Origin: Octopus vulgaris
Taxonomy: Eukaryota
Assembly: GCA_951406725.2 (NCBI GenBank)
Contig: OX597817.1
Location: forward strand, 125,426,001-125,490,000
DNA: 64,000 nucleotides
Reading direction: 5' to 3'
Made by a program: the position numbers and the translations under genes. A model generated the notes under the pieces. That model was not told where the DNA came from, did not search any database, and saw only the letters and a program-made list of their open reading frames with translations. Positions 55,131 through 64,000 of this stretch are shown in pieces (positions within the stretch are counted from its first letter, which is position 1; the number at the start of each line of letters is the position of its first letter).

Positions 55131-57470
55131 CATACATATATACAGAGAGAGAAAGAGAGAGATAATTTTAATAATTATTTATTGAATGCCACACGTACGT
55201 TTCCAAGTAAGTTTGTATATATATGTATACAAAGAGAGAGAGAGAGAGAGAGAAAGAGAAATAAACGATGGGTTTATTTCAGTGTTTCCATTTACCAAAT
55301 CCTTCCACAAAGCTTTGGTTGACCCAAGGCTAAATTCCAAGGTGCCATGCAGTGAGACTGATCCTGGAACCATGTGATTGGGAAGCAAAGCTTTTACCAT
55401 TGAACCACACCCTTCGATATTTGTTCCAGCTCTTTGTATTATGAATTGAAATCCTATCTTATATGGTAGACTTAACCCACTGTCCAGTTTAACAAAACCA
55501 CCTGTATACATAGGTTGCTTTTAGCAAAGTCTGTTTCATTAAAAGCATTCCAGTTCTGAGGATAACATCTTCCTTTTCTTCTGCCAGTCTCATGGACCTT
55601 GTACCCATCATTTTTGAAGACATTAAAGTTATCTGAAGAAAATTTTGGCTGATATTTCTAACAGGTTGATCATCTCAGTAGAGCTTGTATGTTGGTTTAA
55701 AGTGTTTCCAGTTGTTTGAAGTCTTTTATGATGAGCTGATAATGATTTCATACCTACAATACCTTGGTTAACAAGCTAATAAGGAAGTATCTATGCTGTT
55801 GGTGGACTTGTTAGAACAACCAACCAAATTTCCTTTATATTACATTCCATAATTGAAATTATACATTTTATTACATTCCATAATTAAAACAAATTTACTG
55901 GATATACTAGTTATATTATGTCAAAAGTACGAGGTAAAGGGATGAGATTCTCTGGATTGTAATGTTATTGAGCATGAATCCTTTGTATTAAGGTTAGCCT
56001 AAGACTAAACAATACAATAACGAGGTAATCTTTAAAAAAAGAAGAAATAGAAAAGACTTAGCAGGGTCACTTAGCTTTCTAGAAAGAGCAACCAAATATC
56101 CTTAGAGGCATATCTTACCATGATAGTAATCAACAATGTTCTGAATATATAATGACAATTAAAGTTGAACACACCTAGAATACTTTTGAACAGTGCTGAG
56201 TTTTGGTTAAACAAGACACTATAATAACAATATTAACAAAACAGAACTAGAACCTCAATCAACAACAAGATGCTACTATAATAATATCAGCTAACCAGTA
56301 GCATGGAACAACAAGACTGATTCTGTTAGGATGTTTAACTGCTAGAAATAATAGTTAAATCCCCTTAAAATCACATTTTGTCATTTTAATAGGGAGGTGA
56401 ATATAATAGACAATGCAATTTTAAATAGAGTATGCCTGAAAAAATATGAAATAGGTAAAGCTAGAAGAATCTTTAATCATGCCTTCTCAATCATGGCTGA
56501 CTTAGAACTAAACAATAAAAAAAACAAGAGAAAATAAACTTAATAAATATGTAAAAAAAATCATCTTATTTTCTGCACAGAGTAATAATCTTAACCCTTT
56601 GTAGACATGCTTCTATTGAAATTCATAGCATAAGTGTTTTGATTAATTTCAAAAATAATTAACAATTTCAAGGGGTTTAGTAAAATATGAAAATGTTCAT
56701 TATAAAACCAAAGTTTGGAACGTGTCTTAACAAAAGATTCTTACATAAATTTATGACAGAAGGCTTGAATTTTAATTTGAATACTTTTAAGGCAAGATGT
56801 TTTATACAATAGAACTGGAAGCGGAATTAGGAAGGTTAGTATCAAAAGAGTTATTAAATATTGATTTGCTACAAGATCTAAAATTGAAATATCACCCTGA
56901 CATCATATTGAGACAATGGTTAATATATAATGTTAAATTAAACTGGACACAAAGATAAAGAGAAAATTTGATGCTATACAGTTCAGTATCTGAAAAATTC
57001 AATCAATTATATAACAGATGTTTAAACACATACAAGCATATTTTCACAAAACATATTCACTCATTTGATTAATAAGGTTTTTTTAAGAAAAAAAAATATT
57101 TTAAATTTAAACAAAATTAATAATGCTAGCTTCTAAAACAGTATTTTCCTCTAGGAAAAGCAATGAATAAAGTTTTGTTTGATAATAAATATAATAACTA
57201 TTTAACACATAAAAATGTTGATAGGTATAAAAAAGAAATAAAACCAGACATTTTCCTAAGAGGTTAGTAGCAATAATAATATTCATTCCTATTTTAGAAA
57301 CGTCTGGATAACCAAATATATAAACTGATAACAAAAGACTTATAAATTCTGTCTATTTACTACTGTAATTGTTGGCATTGCACATTAGATTTTATTTTGG
57401 CTGCACACACACACACACACATATACATACATACATACATACATACATACACACACACACATATATAAAT

Positions 57471-57846
57471 TCTTTTACACTTTTACTTGTTTCAGTCATT
57501 TGACTGCGTCCATGCTGGAGCACCACCTTAAAAGATTGTAGTCAAAGGAAACAACCTCAGGACTTATTCTTTGTAAGCTTAGTACTTATTCTATTGGTCT
57601 CTTTTGTCAAACTGCTAAGTCATGGGGACGTAAACACACCAACATTGGTTGTCAAGCGATGGTGGGGGGACAAACAAAGACATGCATACAAATACATACA
57701 TGTGTATAACTACGATGGACTTCTTTCAGTTTCTGTCTACCAAATCTACTCTCAAGGCTTTGGTCAACCCAAGGCTATAGTAAAAGTCTGAATCCAGAAC
57801 CATGTAGTTGGGAAGGAAGCTTCTTACCACACAACCACGCCAGTGT
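57471..57846 (-). mobile_element. SINE family B (with internal deletion)
   Basis: Colinear with 31730-32155. Confidence 0.82.
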
Positions 57847-58114
57847 ATGTATATGTGTATATATATGTATGTATGTATTACAACTTCTCTCTGTGTTTGT
57901 ATTGTCTCTGCACAGGGGCCATCCAGACTCTCGCCTTTGCTGTGAACAGGAATTGATCTTCTCCCTTCATTCCTTTGTACCTTATGAACTCAACTCACAT
58001 CCTCTCTTCATGTAAAACCACCCCACACAGATTCCCAAACACCTCCCACATTCAACTCACCCTCCCTTCCACCTACACACCTGCATGCCACCTACCTCAG
58101 TACGCTCACCAGAC

Positions 58115-58275
58115 GCATTACATCCAAGTTCTATTACAGGACTTAGAAAAACCAAAAGATTGCTGCAATAAATGTATGAATCTGAGAGGGGAATATATTC
58201 AATAAAATCGTAATTAACTAATCCTCCTGTATTTTCTTTTACATAAAGCCAGGAACTTTTCAGCACCCCCTCATA
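58115..58275 (+). mobile_element. Mariner 3' end with TIR
   Basis: The translation QDLEKPKDCCNKCMNLRGEYIQ* resembles a mariner C-terminus. The TIR reads TA-TGAGGGGGTGCTGAAAAGTTCCTGGCT on the minus strand. Confidence 0.7.
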
Positions 58276-59624
58276 CATCTTTGGCAAGTTTAGCTATAGT
58301 AGCCACAAGCCAACCAATAATATGAGAATGAAATTAGTAAAAGGAAACAGTGTGGAAAGGAGTCATACATACATTGATTGACATACCAAGTTTGTTTGCA
58401 ATAACACAGACGAATCTTGTGGTTAAGAATACAATCACCATGTTAGTTGAAAACTACGAGCTTATTGCTTGCATTACGCAAACTGTCTCACCCAATTCCA
58501 ATTGGATAGTTTTACATTCAACAACATAATGAATGGTGAGGTGGCAGGTGGAAAGAAGGGAGTGTGCCAAATAACTTTTAGAAAACACAAAGCTGTGCAT
58601 TTTGAGATAAGAAAATACTGCAGAAATCTTGAAACAATTTGACTTATTTTCAGGAAAACATTTTACTCTTTACCTGATTCAAAGCTGCTGAAGTCTCTGT
58701 TCTCAGCAAAATTATCTGCTGGTCTTATTGAATGCTGTTCAGAGGCCCACAAAGACTTGGGCAACAATCCCCACATTTACAACTGAGTGATGAACCAGTG
58801 CCTCTGGTGTCATAAATATTTTAAATGGAATATTCTATGGAGAACTTCTGGTAATTCTGACATTAAAACAATCTTTTTTCTTTTACAAAAATTCCCTGGT
58901 TACATGCTAGAATTTACTACAGCTGCTAATAATGTAACCCACAATATCTTTGTGGATGACCTTGTCCTAAAGATGTTTACAATGCAAAATAAAAAAATAA
59001 AAAAATGAGCTGGAATTAATAACCCGTTCAGCTGATATCTGAATTGGATTTTATCAAAATATGTCTTGTGTATTTGCTCATTGGACATGGAAAAAACCAG
59101 TGCCCCAAACCTAGATTCTGTATTAATGATTACTCTCTCTCATGTTCCACACAAAGAATGCTGTGAATACCTTGACATTAATAAAAATATAAGCTATGAA
59201 GGTGCTGTAAACAATGACTGAGTGAACTGGATTTCTCTTAACTTAAAAAAAATGCCTTGTCAGTTTGTTAACAACCAGCTTGAACTCTCCCCAAAAAACT
59301 AAGACTCATACATATAGAAATGTGTTCCCTGAGAAGGACGATGTGAAACAAGTGATGAGCTGGTTAAATGAAAAGGGCAGGGTGAAACAAAAATAATATA
59401 TAAACGTGGGCAGTAAATAAAAACAAGTAATGTGTTTCAAAAAGAAAGACAGGAAGTCCAGTAAGAATTGTACATTATCAAACAACATATCAAATTGGAC
59501 AATGTACAGTGTGAACAAATTATGATATATACAGAAAGTGATTACAATATAAACCAAAATTATGATTGTTTAACAAGATTGCGTATGTGATTCTTAACAT
59601 TTGCCAATATGACCACAATGTAAG

Positions 59625-59832
59625 ATGGTGAGCTGACAGAATTGTTAGCATGTCCAGCAAAATGTTTAGTGGCATTTCATCTGTCTTTACATTCTGAGTT
59701 CAAATTCCACTGAGGTTGACTTTGCCTTTCATCTTTTTGGGGTCGATAAAGTAAGTACCAGTTGAGTACTGGGATCAATGTAATTGATTTACTCCTCCCA
59801 AGAATTGTTGGCCTTGTGCCAAAATTTTAAAT
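59625..59832 (+). mobile_element. SINE family A with 15-bp target-site duplication
   Basis: CAATATGACCACAAT occurs at 59605-59619 and at 59833-59847. Confidence 0.88.
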
Positions 59833-60832
59833 CAATATGACCACAATTTTTAGCAGTATTCAGTAATTATGGTTTGAGCAAGAAATGGACAGAACACAAA
59901 CAAGAAATGTAAACAATCTTTTAACCGAAGAACAAAGACATATAAATAACATTCAAAAGTAATGGTTAAGAAAGCAACATAGAAATGTCTTTCAGCTGGT
60001 GGAATAAAATGTAACAGAGGCAAGAAAATCCATCCAGATAGCAGGACAGTGGATATGGGTAAACTGGAATTATAAACATGTGTGTGTGTGTAGAGAGAGA
60101 GAGAGAAAGAAAGAGAAAGAGAGAGAAAGAGAGAGAGAGAAATAAGGCTCTGTGTAAAAAATCTGTAGCAGTGACAGGCGAAACTAAAGAGAGTTACAGT
60201 GGGGGTGAGAGAGAGGGAGGATGAGGGGGGAATAGGGAGTTGTTAAGCAAATATTGTGCAAAATAAGGGAGACTACATGCATTAAAAACATAATAAATAG
60301 AGATAGTGTGAACTGGGATAGAAATGATGGAATGAGACATCGGATAGCAAAATAAACTGGATTGGACATAAGCAAACATAATGTATGAATATGGGTGGAG
60401 AAATATGTGTTTCAAAAAGAAAGACAGGAAACAACAAATGGACATAACGGAATAAAAGAGAACAATGTACAATGTTCTGTGTAAACAGAAAACACTTTGT
60501 GTGTGTGTTAATGCCACTTGAAAATAATGGAGTATGTTGAAATACCTTAACTTAGTATTATGATACACAGAGATTGCTAAAATAAGTGTTTGGGGTTGCT
60601 GAAGTCAAGCATGGTCATGTGGTTAAGAAGTTTACCTAATCACTGTGTGGTTTTGGTCCTGGTTCCACTGATGCAGCTTGTACGTCTTCTTCTGTAGCTC
60701 TGGGCCAATCAATGCTTTGTGATTCAATTTGGTAGGTGGAAACTCCAGGAAGCCTGTTGAATGTGTGTGTGTGTGTGTGTGTGTGTATGAGTGTGTGTAT
60801 GTGTGTGTGTGTATGTGTGTGTGTATATGTGT

Positions 60833-60907
<75 letters not shown>

Positions 60908-61205
60908 CATGTGTGTTGATATTTAATATTGGTCACTACCTGACCAAAGGGGAGATGATGGTAGATGTTCCTCATTGATATTATGACTAATCACCATGCT
61001 TTCACAGAATGAAAAGATCTCTTACTATGAAACCAATATTTGTTGACAATGAGAGGAGCATCCAGCTGTAAAATCCTACATCAAATAAAATAACTTTCAT
61101 GCTCAATCTATGCTCGCATGAATAAAAGCAAGTTTAAATGTATGGACAAATACACACATTGATTCGTCATATTTCAAGTACATATTTAGTGTATACCATT
61201 TGCAT

Positions 61206-61997
61206 TTAACCTTTTCGCTGTCAAATATAACACTTATTTATTTACTCTGTCTGTGTAATGCTTATTTATTTACATTGTTTTGAATTAATCATGTATTCTC
61301 ACTGTCAAATGTAATGCGTATTTATTCACATTGTTTTGAAATAATCATGTAAAGTTGGAGAACAACCCTTAACCTTTATAGACGTAGGAGTGGCTGTGTG
61401 GTAAGTAGCTTGCTTACGAACCACAAGGTTCTGGGTTGAGCCCCACTGCATGGCACCTTGGGCAAGTGTCTTCTACTATAGCCTCAGGCTAACCAAAGCC
61501 TTGTGAGTGGATTTGGTAGACGGAAACTGAAAGAAGCCCATCGTATATATGTATATATATGTATATATATATGTATGTGTGTGTATACGTTTGTGTGTCG
61601 TATATATGTATATATATATACGTATGTATGTACATGTTTGTGTGTCTGTGTTTGTCTCCCCCCAACATCGCTTGACAACTGATGCTGGTGTGTTTACATC
61701 CCTGTAACTTAGCGGTTCGGCAAAAGAGACTGGTAGAATAAGTACTAGGCTTACAAAGAGTAAGTACTGGGATCGATTTGCTCAACTAAAAGGCAGTGCT
61801 CCAGCATGGCCGCAGTCAAATGACCGAAACAAGTAAAAGAGTAAAAGAGTATCTTGTGGCTTCAAGATTTTGATGATGTGATTGTTTCTAGTTTAACATT
61901 GTAGTGCAAGTGTGAGATGCTTGACCTAGCTAGTTTGATGATAAAAGAGGCGGAATATTTTGGTCAGATATGGCCAGTTTTAATACTAAAAGGTTAA
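61206..61997. mobile_element. piggyBac-type MITE family 2, interrupted by a SINE B copy
   Basis: TTAACCTTTT...AAAAGGTTAA ends, and the body matches 29246-29474 on both sides of the SINE. Confidence 0.55.
61381..61850 (+). mobile_element. SINE family B, full length
   Basis: GACGTAGGAGTGGCTGTGTGGTAAG...GGGTTGAGCCCC..CCTTGGGCAAGTG, an internal (TA/TG)n and a GTAAAAGAGTAAAAGAG tail. Confidence 0.9.
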
Positions 61998-62583
61998 TGA
62001 ACCCATTAGTTAAAGTTGGAGAACAGTCCTTAACTCGGATTTATGCAGAAGACCTATGTCATTGTTTTACTGGCTGTTGTATTCCTGGTGTAAATACTGG
62101 TTTCTGAAAGCTCTTCAACACACTATCATTATAACTGTTAACCATGTAGATGTTAAAGTTTAAATCATTTCAGTTCAGTTTTACTAAAACATTCAGTCTT
62201 GCAGATAAACCTTGGAAATAAGTTATTTGCTACACTTGGCTACAGTGTTTCAAACATCTATACATATCCATTTGAAGTAGTATGAATGAAAGAAAAAGAA
62301 AATTTAATTTGACAAGAATAAAGTAAAAAAAAAAAAATCGAAAATAAAGATTGATTTAGAGTAACTTCAAAATAAGAATTTTTTATTTTCTATTTTATTT
62401 ATTTCATTCTCTTACTATTACTATCATTATTTTTACTATGTAATATTGAGCACGAAAAATGTCTACGAGAGAATATCAATTAATCTGATTACAGTGGTTA
62501 GTAGGTAAGTGTTAGGTGTGAGAAAATGTGCATGAATATAAACATACAAATATGTAAGTATGCATTTATGTATGTACATAGAA

Positions 62584-62615
<32 letters not shown>

Positions 62616-63341
62616 ATATGTAGGTAGGTAGGTATATATATATATATATAAAATATAAACACACGTATAATAGATATTAAAAAAAATATATATTTATATG
62701 TCTGTAAATACACTATATACACTCATACCTGCACACACATACACATACATATGTACACACGTGTGTATGTGAGGTGGGTCTACAGACATATGTATACTTT
62801 GTAAATTAAAACCAGGATTAATGAGTCTGCTAGTGTTTTCAATTCAATAGTGGAAATACTTCAATATATTTACCATTCTTTGTACTGCAGAAGTATTAAT
62901 ACTTGTTTCTTGGCATCTTTTAAAGTACTTTTATAAAATATTGTAATCCGTAATTAAAGTCTTAGTTTCAACATGTAAATATTAAAAAATCATTAAATAA
63001 AAAATAACTGCATAATATTTTTACAAGGAGTTTTATTCTAAATTTTAATTACAAAACTGCTTCAAACTGAAAATAAATGGAAAACATAAGTGCTCTACTA
63101 ATAAACTTTTCAAATAACTAAACAAAAATAAGAAAAACTAACAAAAGGGCTATGATATTACATAAAATTTCACTTCATTATTTTAAAATAATTCCTTTTG
63201 TCTATTTATTTTCAGGTTACAAATATATTTAAACTGTGTCATTTGAATATGCACATGGTGCTCAATTCCTATTGAATTGTGTTTTAATCAGTTTCATTAT
63301 CACTAAAATCATTATTATTATTATTTTTTAAATTATTATTA

Positions 63342-63387
<46 letters not shown>

Positions 63388-63544
63388 CATTATTATTAAA
63401 TATATAGTTGTGAATGCATGTGCCAATGTATCCTTATCAGATGAGTAGTCATGATGGGTATACTGGGCTTCATATATTTTACCCCAGTGTCACTTTGATG
63501 GCATTCATTGCTCTCTCAGTCAATAACAATGACAATAGAATCTG

Positions 63545-63860
63545 GAGCATGCGAACAATAAAGGTCAAGAATTTGGGGCATGAAAACAGTAAAGATCATG
63601 CCTATAATAATTGGTGCATTGAGAACAGTAATCCAAGATATAGACAAATGGATGAAGAAGGAGACTCAAATAGAATGCCTGATAGAGCTCCTATAGAAAG
63701 TTTGTCTCTTAAGTACAGCAAGGATTATCAGGAGGATTCTAAGGACTTGAAAGTCTGTTGAAAACTTGGGGATACCTAAGGTTGCGGGTAGTAATCTGCT
63801 ATCCACACAATTCCTACCAGGAACAAAAACTGAACCCGAGCCAAACCAAAAAACAAATTT
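63545..63860 (+). mobile_element. 3' end fragment of an R4/Dong-like LINE
   Basis: A frame other than the listed ORF reads RIWGMKTVKIMPIIIGALRTV..ELL*KVCLLSTARIIRRIL, the REL C-terminus. Confidence 0.7.
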
Positions 63861-64000
63861 CCTATTACAATACTGGGCACTGGATCTCATAGCTTGTGAT
63901 CTTAATTGACTGGAAGTATTATCATGCACATACTTTGTCTTGGTGTAAAAGATGGGATACAGCAAATATTCTGCTCAATACCACACATTTGCATGTCACG

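Noticed and set aside
63414-63761. 115-aa ORF as a host gene
   Set aside because: An alternative frame matches an R4/Dong REL C-terminus, so this ORF is a shadow frame.

Overview
AT-rich, microsatellite-saturated animal genomic DNA. The repeat repertoire looks like that of a coleoid cephalopod such as Octopus; this is an inference from recognising the repeat families, not a database result. No host protein-coding gene can be supported, and almost all ORFs in the supplied track are translations of (TA)n, (TG)n, (AAT)n or (GAT)n. The window is a layered graveyard of mobile DNA: R4/Dong-type REL LINEs ending in (TAA)n or (CAA)n, RTE-type LINEs (one with a PHD finger inside the RT), decayed mariner elements, piggyBac-type TTAA MITEs, non-autonomous Helitrons and three tRNA-derived SINE families. 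The most notable signal is a set of hammerhead-ribozyme (HHR) modules from at least five unrelated Penelope-like families, mostly in inverted-repeat arrangements. The centrepiece is a 7.8-kb foldback (20572-28404). It holds an uninterrupted GIY-YIG endonuclease reading frame, a kilobase-long 3' region built of cryptic purine/pyrimidine microsatellite, and a terminal HHR. A second, unrelated foldback with its own HHR pair has inserted into one of its (TA)n tracts. A tRNA-headed element carrying a hammerhead-like tail (about 5285-5795) is a further candidate novelty. Coordinates were counted by hand and may be off by a few bases.
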